A DNA stretch of 64,000 bases from Candidatus Bathyarchaeota archaeon (GCA_963717465.1 OY970340.1:1600001-1664000); one strand, 5' to 3'; shown: positions 32,789 to 42,965, counted from the stretch's first letter. The notes: generated from the letters alone by a model not told the origin. A program made the numbers and translations.

Positions 32789-33013
32789 TTAGTACTTTGT
32801 TTTGTTATCCGTCATGTAAGCCCATACAGTAACCATGATTACGGTTATTGCAGCGCCCGCAAATCCTGAAATTAGAAAACTCCAATTAATCAACGGTATG
32901 ATAGCTTGAAGCCACGGGATGAGAGTCGTCCATGCAACTTGTGCTAGTAAACCTGCAAAAAAGCCTAAGATGGCTACTGTTGCAAATATTTTTATTCTTC
33001 CCATTCGATTCAC
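32789..33013 (-). CDS. Small two-TM membrane protein
   Basis: Two hydrophobic helices; divergent from the cdv cluster. Confidence 0.65.
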   Translation of the reverse strand: MNRMGRIKIFATVAILGFFAGLLAQVAWTTLIPWLQAIIPLINWSFLISGFAGAAITVIMVTVWAYMTDNKTKY

Positions 33014-33150
33014 CTTTTTGTTTTTAGGATTGGTTCAAGCTTCTTTTTAGTCTAACTATCATATTTCTGTCTAATCTGCACTAATCGGTTGGCTAATGTT
33101 TTAATTTTTTAATTAAAGCCTAAGGCATGTTTTAACACGTGTATATCTCT

Positions 33151-33186
33151 ACGTATATACGTGCATATTGTTAACATATTAACAAT
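33151..33186. promoter_or_regulatory. Two adjacent palindromes upstream of the cdv operon
   Basis: ACGTATATACGT (33151-33162) and ATTGTTAA-cata-TTAACAAT (33167-33186). Confidence 0.5.
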
Positions 33187-33233
33187 GTATAAGATTGTTT
33201 TCTACAGTTCTGTGTGTTTTGGAGGAAAATTAA

Positions 33234-33899
33234 TTGTCAGAAAGATTCTCGAAAAAGTGGGAAAATAAACAAGAGGAACAGCCTTTCACAAACCGCCTTA
33301 AAGACGCTGTGAAACCGCCAGGTCCACTCAAGCCAAGACTTGATTTTGCAGTTAGACGCATTGACCTTCAAGTACAGAAGCTTGACCAAGCAAATGAAAG
33401 GTTCACACAAAGAGACAAAGCAATCTTCGCCAGGATAGTTGATGCCTACTCAAAGCATGACAGTGCACGTGCAAACGTTTTTGCAAACGAATTAGCAGAG
33501 GTCCGCAAAATGTCAAAGTTAATCATGAATGCTAAACTTGCACTCGAACAAATAACATTAAGATTACGAACAGTTTCAGAACTAGGTGATGTCGTATCCA
33601 CTTTAGGTCCAGCCGTAGGAGTATTGCGCTCAGTTAAAGCTGGATTAGTTAGCGTATTTCCAGAAGCAGAAAGCGAACTGGGCGAAATAGGAAACATGCT
33701 AAGCGGAATAATGATTGAAGCAGGCCAAGGCTCAGGAATGACAATAAACTTTGACACTGTAAACGAGGACGCATCAAAGATTCTTACAGAAGCAGCAACA
33801 GTTGCCGAACAAAAGATAAAAGACAAATTCCCAGATCTGCCGCCAGGAATGCCCTCAATGGCAAATCCGCAAGCAGAGAAAACAACAGAGAGCTACTAA
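33234..33899 (+). CDS. cdvB: ESCRT-III / Snf7 family protein (CdvB paralog)
   Basis: Snf7 core (ANELAEVRK...LALEQITLRLRTV...GDVV...L.PA); C-terminal FPDLP; GGAGG upstream. Confidence 0.9.
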   Translation: MSERFSKKWENKQEEQPFTNRLKDAVKPPGPLKPRLDFAVRRIDLQVQKLDQANERFTQRDKAIFARIVDAYSKHDSARANVFANELAEVRKMSKLIMNAKLALEQITLRLRTVSELGDVVSTLGPAVGVLRSVKAGLVSVFPEAESELGEIGNMLSGIMIEAGQGSGMTINFDTVNEDASKILTEAATVAEQKIKDKFPDLPPGMPSMANPQAEKTTESY

Positions 33900-33915
33900 A
33901 TAAGGAGGTAAAAAA

Positions 33916-34635
33916 ATGTCTAACTCCAATCTTTTTCTTTCTCTTGGTAAACCCGTTAAAAATGATTATGGAAAAATAATAGGAAAAGTTGCATCCTTCG
34001 CATTAACTCCAAACGGAAAATTTGAATCCGTTTTTATAGAATTTGGTGACGGTCTATTCTCGAAACAATCGATTGATGACCTAAAATTTGATGGCACCAC
34101 AGTTACAATTACCTCAAAAATCAGATCTAAAGCCAGTTATGTATGCGAACAAATCACCCTCATCTGGCGAAAAGATCAGGCTATAAAAGACCTTAATGAA
34201 AAAAGAAAAATCAACTCAGATTTATACCAGGAACTTCACAGTAGTTTTGAGACGGTACTAACTCAACTAAAGAAAGATGCTCAAGTTCTTAACGAAGAGG
34301 CATCAGTTGAAGTGGCGCGTTGTGACGAAGAAATAAAGTCCTTAAGCTATGCTATACTTCATGTAGAATTGGAACATGAAATAGGCCAAATAGACGAAGA
34401 AAACTACAACGCAGCATCAGTAATACTGCAAGAAAATCTTAAGCGTGCACAGACAGAAAAAACAGATTACGAATTAACAAAAAGCAGAATTGCAGGCGTA
34501 CTACTTGGAGATACATCAATACAAAATCTGGTTAAAATCAACAAAGTATATGCTGAACCAGTCACAGCTGCAGCTGACCTTCCAGAGCCCCCAGTCGTTG
34601 TTTACGTTAAGGAAACTGGCAAAACGGTATTCTAA
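33916..34635 (+). CDS. cdvA: Cell division protein CdvA
   Basis: N-terminal PRC-like barrel (LGKPVKNDYGKIIG), coiled coil, ELEHEIGQID, C-terminal PPVVVYV motif; lies between two ESCRT-III genes. Confidence 0.8.
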   Translation: MSNSNLFLSLGKPVKNDYGKIIGKVASFALTPNGKFESVFIEFGDGLFSKQSIDDLKFDGTTVTITSKIRSKASYVCEQITLIWRKDQAIKDLNEKRKINSDLYQELHSSFETVLTQLKKDAQVLNEEASVEVARCDEEIKSLSYAILHVELEHEIGQIDEENYNAASVILQENLKRAQTEKTDYELTKSRIAGVLLGDTSIQNLVKINKVYAEPVTAAADLPEPPVVVYVKETGKTVF

Positions 34636-34675
34636 AAAATATAACGAATAAGAGTGACTTCAGACGGAGGGAAAC

Positions 34676-35566
34676 ATTATTAAAAGTTTAACTAATCCCA
34701 ACCCTCCGCCAATCCGTGAAGTCGCAAACAAATCTATTTCTACACTTAAAGTTCAACAAAACAAGCTTGAACAAGCTAGTTTTCGCCTTAAAGAACGTGA
34801 TAGAGTACTTTTTGAGACCTGCATGGGCGCATTAAAAAGAAATAATAAAGAAAGAGCCGCAATGTGCGCAACTGAACTGTCTGAAGTACGTCGCTTAGTA
34901 AAGTTTCTTTCTAACGTTCAGTTAGCAATTGAACGTGTGGTTTTGCGACTTGAGACTATTAGAGAACTAAGCGATATAGTTGTTGACTTAAAACCTGCCC
35001 TGCGGCTGCTTCAAAATGTTTCATCAGAATTATTTCAAGTATTACCTGACGTCAGCAACGAGCTAAGCAATGTAAACGACGCCATAAGCGAAACCCTTCA
35101 CGTAACAAAACTTCAAGCTGACGAAAACATTATCCCCGTTGGAAGAAAGACAGAAGCCGGTGCTGAAATACTAAAAGAAGTTTCATCTTTCATGGAGAAA
35201 AAGATGGCTGAAACTCTTCCTGAACCCCCGCGTGCTTCCCCTGCTAAAGCGAAATCGCCAATCAAGGAGCTCGTTGCGCTTTCCGCTTCCTCTTCTGATT
35301 TACATGGAAACAAAACTGAAGAGAAAGAGGATTCCTCTCAAACAGTTATTTCTTACAAAAAATCTGAAATTAAAGAAATTACTATGAAAGTCAAGCAGCC
35401 ATCATTAGAAGATGTGCTTCTTGAGTACGTAAGAAAGAGCAAAGGTCAAATTGATATGTCACGTTGCTCGAATGAGCTTAATACTTCTAACAAAGAAATT
35501 GAGCGTGCCCTAGAAAATCTGGGAACACAGGGCAAAATAAAAATCGAGTTAAAATCGCCTGAATAG
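34676..35566 (+). CDS. cdvB: ESCRT-III CdvB with C-terminal winged-helix domain (probable ATT start)
   Basis: Snf7 core (ELSEVRR...LAIERVVLRLETI), LPEPP, C-terminal wH (LLEYVRKSKGQIDMSRCSNEL). The frame is open 49 codons upstream of ATG 34823 to an ATT placed 5 nt after GGAGG. Confidence 0.85.
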   Translation: MIKSLTNPNPPPIREVANKSISTLKVQQNKLEQASFRLKERDRVLFETCMGALKRNNKERAAMCATELSEVRRLVKFLSNVQLAIERVVLRLETIRELSDIVVDLKPALRLLQNVSSELFQVLPDVSNELSNVNDAISETLHVTKLQADENIIPVGRKTEAGAEILKEVSSFMEKKMAETLPEPPRASPAKAKSPIKELVALSASSSDLHGNKTEEKEDSSQTVISYKKSEIKEITMKVKQPSLEDVLLEYVRKSKGQIDMSRCSNELNTSNKEIERALENLGTQGKIKIELKSPE

Positions 35567-35576
35567 GAGAAATAAA

Positions 35577-36743
35577 ATGAGTGCCTCACATGAACTAGAA
35601 AAATCTGCAACGGCATACGCTTTAGATGCCGTTAAAATGGATAAACAAGGCCAAAAAGGCAGAGCAATAACCCTTTATCAGAAAGCAATTGAGAATCTCT
35701 TGCAGCTTGTTCAATTATATCCTGAATATGGTCTGAACAAAGTTTATGTTCAGAGAGCAATTGCTTACCAAGAACGAATTAAAGCCCTTCAAGGAGCAGT
35801 TTCATCAAATGAAATGCGGGAAGAAGCAATCGACGCTGAAGGTGTACCCAAAACGCCTGAGATCAATGGAAAAGCAGCCGAGGAATTAATCGTTACTGAA
35901 AAGCCGATGGTTAACTGGGCTGAAGTTGTCGGTTTAGATCCTGCTAAAAAGGCAGTTAAAGAAGCAATAGTTTATCCTGTGCAAAGACCTGATCTGTTTC
36001 CGCTTGGTTGGCCGCGAGGAATTTTACTTTTTGGTCCTCCTGGCTGCGGTAAAACTTTGCTGGCTGCTGCTGTGGCTACAGAGATTAACGCGAACTTTTA
36101 CTCGATTGATGCAGCTTCGGTTATGTCTAAGTGGCTTGGTGAAGCGGAGCAGAATGTCGCAAAACTTTTCGGGTCAGCCCGTAAATCCTCAAATGAAGGT
36201 AAGGCTGCTATTGTGTTTGTTGATGAGTTGGATTCACTTATGGGTCAGCATGCAAATGAAGTAGGCGGAGAAATTCGTGTTCGCAACCAGTTCCTTAAGG
36301 AAATGGATGGCATAGTGGATAAAGGAAAGAACTTGCATGTCTATGTTATTGGCGCGACGAATAAGCCTTGGGATTTAGATTGGGCGTTTATTAGGCGTTT
36401 TCAAAAGAGAATTCTTGTTCCTCTTCCAGATAACTCAACAAGACTAAGTATGTTAAAGCTTTATTCAAGTAATCTTAAGATTGATGCAGATGTTGATTTG
36501 TGTGAGTTAGCAAGGCTTTCCGAGGGCTTTTCGGGAAGTGATATTCGTGATGTTTGTCAGTCAGCTCAGTTGTCACTTATCGGCGAGTTCTTTGAGTCTG
36601 GAAAAGCTCAGGATAAGGAGGCAAAGCCGCGGTTGTTAACGATGGCCGATTTCCGCCAAATCCTAGAAGAGCGCAAGCCAAGTGTCTCGTTAGATATGCT
36701 ATCGCAGTATAATAGATGGTTTGAGGCTTTCAAAGCCTTATAA
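35577..36743 (+). CDS. cdvC: Vps4-like AAA+ ATPase CdvC
   Basis: N-terminal MIT domain; GPPGCGKT, SKWLGE, FVDELD, ATNKPWDLD and RRFQKRI motifs. Confidence 0.93.
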   Translation: MSASHELEKSATAYALDAVKMDKQGQKGRAITLYQKAIENLLQLVQLYPEYGLNKVYVQRAIAYQERIKALQGAVSSNEMREEAIDAEGVPKTPEINGKAAEELIVTEKPMVNWAEVVGLDPAKKAVKEAIVYPVQRPDLFPLGWPRGILLFGPPGCGKTLLAAAVATEINANFYSIDAASVMSKWLGEAEQNVAKLFGSARKSSNEGKAAIVFVDELDSLMGQHANEVGGEIRVRNQFLKEMDGIVDKGKNLHVYVIGATNKPWDLDWAFIRRFQKRILVPLPDNSTRLSMLKLYSSNLKIDADVDLCELARLSEGFSGSDIRDVCQSAQLSLIGEFFESGKAQDKEAKPRLLTMADFRQILEERKPSVSLDMLSQYNRWFEAFKAL

Positions 36744-36908
36744 CATGGAGGGCAAAAACCGAAACAAAAACGGGTTGGGTGGAAAGGTTTGGAGAAAATA
36801 AATTTTTTGCACGCTCTCCCTTCTCCCCCTCAAATTATCTCCAAACCCCACAACCCAAAAAAACTAAAAACGATTAGACGCCAACCATAAAACGAAAAAG
36901 AACTAGGT

Positions 36909-37388
36909 TTAAGAGTTGTTTTTCATTTCTTCTTTGAAAATTTCTTCAAGCGTTCTTTCGTTTATGCCGATTTCTTCCGCTAACCGTTTTACTTGTTTTA
37001 CGTAGGTGCGGAATAAGCTTTGAAGAATATCAGCTTTTTCTTCTTCCGTTAATTCTTTCTCTTCAGCTAGCAGCAGAGCGAACCATCTTCCAAGATCTGT
37101 TAGCTTAAAAGTTTTTACCCAGGTTATTCTGCCTTCATGCTCATTTTTTTCCATGCATTCAGTCAAGACGCCAAGTTCAGTGAGTGTTTTTAGATTCTCG
37201 ATTATTGTCTTGTTTGAATAGTTTAATTTCTTAACCAAATCTTTCTGGTAGAGATTTTTTGAAATACCCTGCTTAAGCGAAAACCTAAGCAAGTCAACTC
37301 CTGCTTTTGAACCGAAAATCGCACTTAGTATCCTATCTTTTTTTTCACTTGGAAGAAAAATTACATATGGACGTAAATGTGCTACCAT
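36909..37388 (-). CDS. Winged-helix DNA-binding protein
   Basis: YQKDLVKKLNYSNKTIIENLK...LTDLGRW wHTH pattern. Confidence 0.7.
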   Translation of the reverse strand: MVAHLRPYVIFLPSEKKDRILSAIFGSKAGVDLLRFSLKQGISKNLYQKDLVKKLNYSNKTIIENLKTLTELGVLTECMEKNEHEGRITWVKTFKLTDLGRWFALLLAEEKELTEEEKADILQSLFRTYVKQVKRLAEEIGINERTLEEIFKEEMKNNS

Positions 37389-37495
37389 ACTTGACGATTT
37401 TAATTGTTGAGATGTAACTTATAAAAATTCTGATTAAATCAACTTAAGAACCAAAACAGACAAAATCTATTACCCATGCATGCGTTGTCGCCGTC

Positions 37496-37747
37496 TTATT
37501 TCAATTCCGGGTTTTCCTGTTTAAGTTCTGATGCTCTAGCTTTTACGTTCATTATGTCATTTTCTAGTTTTTTTGTAAGTTCTTCTAACAATGCTTTTTG
37601 TTCAGCATCTAGATTTTCTAATATTACCGTAAGTTTATGATTAGAAACGTCGTTTTGTTGATTTGTTTGTGTCTGAATTCTACTTTCTGTATTGTGATCT
37701 TCATCAAATAAATCATATAGATCAAGTAGCTCAATCATCCAATTCAC
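37496..37747 (-). CDS. Hypothetical small protein
   Basis: 83-aa ORF with a coiled-coil-like C-terminus. Confidence 0.45.
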   Translation of the reverse strand: MNWMIELLDLYDLFDEDHNTESRIQTQTNQQNDVSNHKLTVILENLDAEQKALLEELTKKLENDIMNVKARASELKQENPELK

Positions 37748-37910
37748 CTACATCAAATACTAACGCTAACCCGTTTTAAATATGGTTTATTTTTAAGGCA
37801 TATACTGCATCATCACATATAAAGTCATCATATAAAAGACAAGATTCAACCATAAAAGAAGCTAACCAAAAAATAAGCTTCTGATGAAGGATTTTCTGCA
37901 GAAAGTTCAA

Positions 37911-37988
37911 TGGCGGGCTCGACGGGAATTGAACCCGCGACCCCCGGATTAAAAGTCCGGTGCTCTAGCCTGACTGAGCTACGAGCCC
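37911..37988 (-). tRNA. tRNA-Lys(UUU), intronless, CCA encoded
   Basis: Reverse complement reads GGGCTCGTAGCTCAGTCAGGCTAGAGCACCGGACTTTTAATCCGGGGGTCGCGGGTTCAATTCCCGTCGAGCCCGCCA; anticodon arm CCGGA-CTTTTAA-TCCGG. Confidence 0.97.
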
Positions 37989-38119
37989 ACATGTTATTTT
38001 ATTGCGTTGATTAGAAGACTATGAAGGGGTTTTTTAGCGTTTCTGTTCGAAAACCCTTCATGTGGTGAAAATCACCCACGCCCAATTCCCTTTTTTCTCT
38101 TTTTTGGAGGCTTTTCTTA

Positions 38120-38359
38120 ATGGCTAATTTTATCGTTAGTTTTGATCATGCAAGCACTTCTTGGGTAATTGGAAAGCCATGTTTGAAGTGTAAAAAACTG
38201 ATTGCCGAAGGCGATAAAGTTGTTTCTAGACCTCATGAACGCATTTATCATGAAAAATGTTGGGACGGGTGTTTTGTTGGGTATGCGTGCTTAACAAGTT
38301 TTATTTTTTGCGAATATCTAGTAAGAAAGTATGGAAATATGCCTGTGCCCGCATATTAG
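38120..38359 (+). CDS. Small CxxC...HxxC zinc-finger protein
   Basis: CLKC...DKVVSRP...YHEKC; GGAGG upstream; paralog at 59107. Confidence 0.65.
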   Translation: MANFIVSFDHASTSWVIGKPCLKCKKLIAEGDKVVSRPHERIYHEKCWDGCFVGYACLTSFIFCEYLVRKYGNMPVPAY

Positions 38360-38562
38360 AAAATGCCAGCTGTTTTGCGTTGAACACAACAACAACCAAC
38401 TTTTACACGAAAAATGCAAAATAAGCAGCAGTCATCGAAATTTTTGAGCTGAAACAATAAAACCTCTTGTTCAGGTGCTCATCTGTTATACGTTTCAACA
38501 TCTTAAACAGGTAAGTAACTGTTCAACATATAATACTTGGATAATAACACGGGGAACAAGAG

Positions 38563-38904
38563 ATGCTGAACAAAAAGCGCGTTTTCTTTTCTGTCGTAAT
38601 CATATTGGGCATCTTAGACTGGCTTACAACAGTAATAGGCATTTTCTTCTGCGGCGCAACAGAAGCTAACCCTTTGCTCTCTGGATTAACACAATCAAGC
38701 ATGCTGCTCTTCAGCGTGGTTAAGTTTTCAGCACTCTTACTCGGGGGCTTCGCATTCTACAAAGCATCAGCTATAAGCGAATCGGCAACCGGTGACTGGC
38801 AATTCCCCCAAAAAATCACGTTTGGTGCATACTCACTAACCTCTCTCATTCTCGCCGCTGTAGTAACCAGCAACATGATAACAATCTTGGGCTCGCATTT
38901 CTAA
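38563..38904 (+). CDS. DUF5658-like membrane protein
   Basis: LDWLTT...GATEANPL motif; three TM segments. Confidence 0.7.
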   Translation: MLNKKRVFFSVVIILGILDWLTTVIGIFFCGATEANPLLSGLTQSSMLLFSVVKFSALLLGGFAFYKASAISESATGDWQFPQKITFGAYSLTSLILAAVVTSNMITILGSHF

Positions 38905-39039
38905 GCAAAATGCCACGCGCTAGCATTTTGGTGTACCTAATAACCTTTTTCCCTTTTTTAAGCAAGAATAGGAGTAAGTTATAAATAGATAAAGAATAAG
39001 TTATAAATAAATAAACAGAACAAAATATTTTTTGCAGAA

Positions 39040-39300
39040 TTGGCTTTAAGAGTCTATAAATTGAATCAGACTAAAATCATGCTTTTCTCTTTTGGAATAA
39101 TATTGTTAATCATTGGTGTGTTTTTGGCAATACAAACTCAGCAACAAGCAACGTGCACAAGCATGTATGGAGTTCAGATTCCCACAGGATCAGTAACAGT
39201 TTATCCTTACTTAATTGAGGTCATACCAACTTTAGTAATTGGAGTAATAATAATTGTATCTGCTTTTACAATTAAAGAAAAAGAAGAGAATACACAAAGC
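39040..39300 (+). CDS. Small two-TM protein (ORF 39040-39504 reads through into an integrase fragment)
   Basis: Two hydrophobic helices, then an abrupt switch to integrase sequence. Confidence 0.45.
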
Positions 39301-39575
39301 AAACAAGCTCTAAAGATTCACTTCCACACTTTGAGGTATTGGAAAGCTAGCGGGGAATACGAGAAAACAGGCGATATTTATGCTGTAAAAGACTTGCTAG
39401 GCCATAAAAGTCTAATGAATACAGATCGTTACCAACACAGCAATTATACAAGCGATGAATACATAACTAAGCGACTAAGACAAGCCAAGAAGAGGATGCT
39501 TTAATTTCCGCTGGATTTGAGTATGTGCGTTTTGACGATAGAGAGCAAGTGCCTATCTATAGGAAAAGGAAGTAA
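39301..39575 (+). pseudogene. Tyrosine recombinase/integrase C-terminal remnant
   Basis: IHFHTLRYW (HxxR), LLGHKSL and TDRY (catalytic Tyr); shifted tail EEDALISAGFEYVRF...IYRKRK*. Confidence 0.8.
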
Positions 39576-39660
39576 CAACATGACTCAGAATTATAGTGTT
39601 ATCGTTGTTTTTGTATTGTTTCTGTTCGAATAATTAAGAAAAAGTAGGGGTTGGCTTTTT

Positions 39661-40020
39661 TTATGTTTTTAAAATGGTTGACAGGAAGCCTTTGATTTTG
39701 TCGTTTGAGTTAAGTATTACTTCGATGGTGCTTGTTCCTTTTGGGGTAAGTTTGTAGATTCTTTTTCGTTCAATCCAGGCGCCTTCAATTAGACCGTTCC
39801 TTTCTAGTGAGTAAAGTAGTGAGTAGACTGTTCCTGAACTAACTAGAAAACCATACTTGTTATGAATGTACGTTATTATGTCGTAGCCGCTTATTGCGTC
39901 ATTCCGTAGCTCTGACATTATTATCGCGTCCAGGAAGCTTTTGATTATGCGTTCATGAATTTTCTTAAGGACTTTTGCCTCCATTTTTTCGCCGTTTACG
40001 CTGACTGAAAGTGGAACCAT
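39661..40020 (-). CDS. PadR-family regulator
   Basis: SGYDII...SSGTVYSLLYSLERNGLI...RIYKLTPKG. Confidence 0.88.
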   Translation of the reverse strand: MVPLSVSVNGEKMEAKVLKKIHERIIKSFLDAIIMSELRNDAISGYDIITYIHNKYGFLVSSGTVYSLLYSLERNGLIEGAWIERKRIYKLTPKGTSTIEVILNSNDKIKGFLSTILKT

Positions 40021-40451
40021 GTTTTTCTCGCCAGCAATGTCTATTCATGTTTATATATTTAAGTTTAATTCTAATTTCGAATAAAATATATAAATAAATT
40101 TATATTATTTAAACAATTACTGTATATTCAAACTATGTTAGCCTTGTCCTCAAATAAACAACTAGTAATTTTAGCCTGCGTGTCAACAATGCTATGTTCT
40201 TAAAAAAATGTATAAAAAAATAAAAAACATAGGCTACAAATCTTCAATTTTACATGTAAATGTCATAGCGCTAACTTTACATTAAAAAAAATTTACTCTT
40301 TAATTAAATAAGCAATCAAGCAAAGAGCTATTTTTAACTCTTAATTTCCATTTTCGTCGCAAGTTAAATCGTTTTTAATAGCCAGCGATATATGTGCATG
40401 TTAATAAACGTTAATTCAACTATCGCCTTAAAAGCAATCGGTGCCCAAGAT

Positions 40452-41304
40452 TTGATTTCATGGAAATACTCCTACAAACAATTAAACGAAGAATATAATC
40501 TGGCCAATAAGAAAAAACAAGCTCTTAGACAAATTGTACCAAACAGGAAAAATTAGTCAAACCACCCATGACTTATTTGACAGCGACATAAGAACAGCGC
40601 TAACGGAAATTGAGAAAAAGCAAAAAGATCTGCTTGTATCTATGCAGTCAAAATCCCAAGAGTTGATTAACCAAATTGCAACTTTAGAATCGCTACTTAC
40701 GAATTCTGAAATTCAACATGTTGTTGGCGAAATTGAAGATGACACTTACCAACGAGAGATAGACCTTATGGCAGCAAGCCTTGACAGCGCAAAAAACGAG
40801 TTAAGCCTAATTAAGCAAGCAATGGATCAAATTTGCCCAGAAACAGTTCTAGAAGCCACTTCCACGCCAGAGCACATGGATAACCCATCTGTTATTGACA
40901 TTCCAACGGCCGATCCCATTGCAGAAAATATTCCATCCGAATCTATACCAATAGTATCTGCCACAGAGGAAGCTTCTCAAGATACGACTCCCAAAGAAAC
41001 TATACCTACAGAGGTTGCCTCAGCTGAAGATGCACAGAGCCAAAATTCTTTAAATCCATCCGAACCTAACGTCGAGGTTATAACAGAACCTAAAGAACCC
41101 GAAATTACTGAGCCAACAATACACGAACCAATAATAAGCATGGAAACAGCAAACGAGCAACCAGCAATTAGCGTTGCACCCGTAGTCTTCGAAGCCGTTC
41201 CCGAAAATACTGCAGAATTATCAGTTGCGCCAACAACTGAAATAGAAAACAAAGAAATCCCAAAAATTCAAACCACAGAAGAAACGTCAAACAGTACACA
41301 ATAA
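40452..41304 (+). CDS. CdvA-like coiled-coil protein with acidic Pro/Thr/Glu tail (frameshift near 40524)
   Basis: TTG 40452 gives MISWKYSYKQLNEEYNLANKKKQA, joining LDKLYQTGKISQ...EIQHVVGEIE, which resembles CdvA (KDQAIKDLNEKRKIN...ELEHEIGQID). Confidence 0.7.
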
Positions 41305-41620
41305 ACTATCCTTTTCTTTTTCTGTTCTATTTGCAGTTCAAATCTTAAAATTCATCAATTTAAAATTGAATTTGCATTTTTGTTTTGATTTTATTATTTT
41401 GATTGATTTTTGTGCCTCAGAACCTTAATTATGCGTTTATGTCATCTTTCCCAGAAAGAATTCTGGTCAATGCTAACGTGCAATTATCATCATAGGCACC
41501 AAATCTTGTGTTAAATCATGAAGGACAAAAAGATAAACTATACCAAGGTAACCAAAAGATTCGCTAATCAGTTTTCTGCTAGAATAATTTTATAAGCTAA
41601 AAATTGCAAGTTAAGCCTTC

Positions 41621-42406
41621 ATGCAAGCGGAATTTGGAATAATCGGTGGGACTGGTCTTTACGACCCAAAATTGCTAAAGAATATTCAAGAAGTAGAAAT
41701 TGAAACGCCTTATGGGAAGCCATCTGACACCATAACAATCGGTGAAATAGGCGGTAAAACAGCTGCATTTCTGCCTAGGCACGGAAAAAAACACAATATC
41801 CGACCGACCGACATTAACGTTAGAGCAAACATTTTTGCGTTAAAGAAACTCGGGGTTAAATATGTGCTTGCTCCTTCCACAGTTGGCTCTCTCAGAGAGG
41901 AATATCAGCCGGGCGAAATAGTTTTTGTTGACCAGTTCATTGACAGGACAACTCGCCGTGAGCAATCATTCTATACTCAGGATAAAGTATGCCATATTTC
42001 AGTAGCTGAACCAATGTGTCCAAATCTAAGAAAAACCTTAATCTCCGTTGCTAAAAAAATGGGAATCAAAATGCATGAAACTGGAACTTACGTATGCATC
42101 GAAGGACCGCGTTTTTCAACGAAGGCTGAATCCAAAATGTTCCGAACATGGGGAGCAGACATTGTAGGCATGACACTGGTTCCTGAATGCGTTTTAGCAC
42201 GTGAAGCAGAATTATGTTACGCCTCCATATCAACCGTAACAGACTACGATGTATGGAAAGAACACCCAGTTTGCGTAAGCGAAGTGCTAAAAATCATGAA
42301 GGCTAACATTGAAAATGTAAAACGCCTAATCGCTCAAACCATAACGGACCTGCCAAGCGAACGAGACTGTAAATGCAAAGACGCCCTAAAGGAAGCATTA
42401 GTTTAG
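41621..42406 (+). CDS. mtnP: S-methyl-5'-thioadenosine phosphorylase
   Basis: GIIGGTG, TPYG.PS, RHG, EGPRFST.AES, GMT and TDYD motifs. Confidence 0.93.
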   Translation: MQAEFGIIGGTGLYDPKLLKNIQEVEIETPYGKPSDTITIGEIGGKTAAFLPRHGKKHNIRPTDINVRANIFALKKLGVKYVLAPSTVGSLREEYQPGEIVFVDQFIDRTTRREQSFYTQDKVCHISVAEPMCPNLRKTLISVAKKMGIKMHETGTYVCIEGPRFSTKAESKMFRTWGADIVGMTLVPECVLAREAELCYASISTVTDYDVWKEHPVCVSEVLKIMKANIENVKRLIAQTITDLPSERDCKCKDALKEALV

Positions 42407-42419
42407 AAGGAGATAAAGA

Positions 42420-42965
42420 ATGAGCAAGACTGCAAAACAAGTCGATCTAAAGTCAAAAATTAGAAGGATACCTGAATTCAAAGGGGTTGTATTTTGGGAT
42501 ATAACCCCTCTGCTAAAAGATAAGTCCTGCTTTCATAATTGCATTAAGAAATTAGCTGATCATTATAAAAACAAGAAAATTGACGTTGTTGTATCAAACG
42601 AAGCAAGAGGATTCATTATAGGCGCTGCATTAGCCTACGAACTCGGCACAGGTTTCGTCCCAATCCGAAAAAAAGGAAAATTGCCCTACAAATGCGTTAA
42701 TTTTGAGTACAAAAAAGAATATGAATGCGACACAATCGAGATACACGAAGACGCAATCAAGAAAGGCCAAAACGTCTTATTGATCGATGACTTGTTAGCT
42801 ACCGGCGGCACAGTGAAGGCAAACATCGCACTTATTGAGCAGTTAGGCGGTAAAATTGTCGGTGTAGGCTTCCTAATTGAACTTGGCTATTTAGAAGGCA
42901 GAAAACTAATCGGCAACAAGTACGACGTGTACTCACTCGTAAAGTTAGAAACAACGAACGGCTAA
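42420..42965 (+). CDS. apt: Adenine phosphoribosyltransferase
   Basis: F.DITPLL, EARGF, RKKGKLP and IDDLLATGGT motifs. Confidence 0.93.
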   Translation: MSKTAKQVDLKSKIRRIPEFKGVVFWDITPLLKDKSCFHNCIKKLADHYKNKKIDVVVSNEARGFIIGAALAYELGTGFVPIRKKGKLPYKCVNFEYKKEYECDTIEIHEDAIKKGQNVLLIDDLLATGGTVKANIALIEQLGGKIVGVGFLIELGYLEGRKLIGNKYDVYSLVKLETTNG

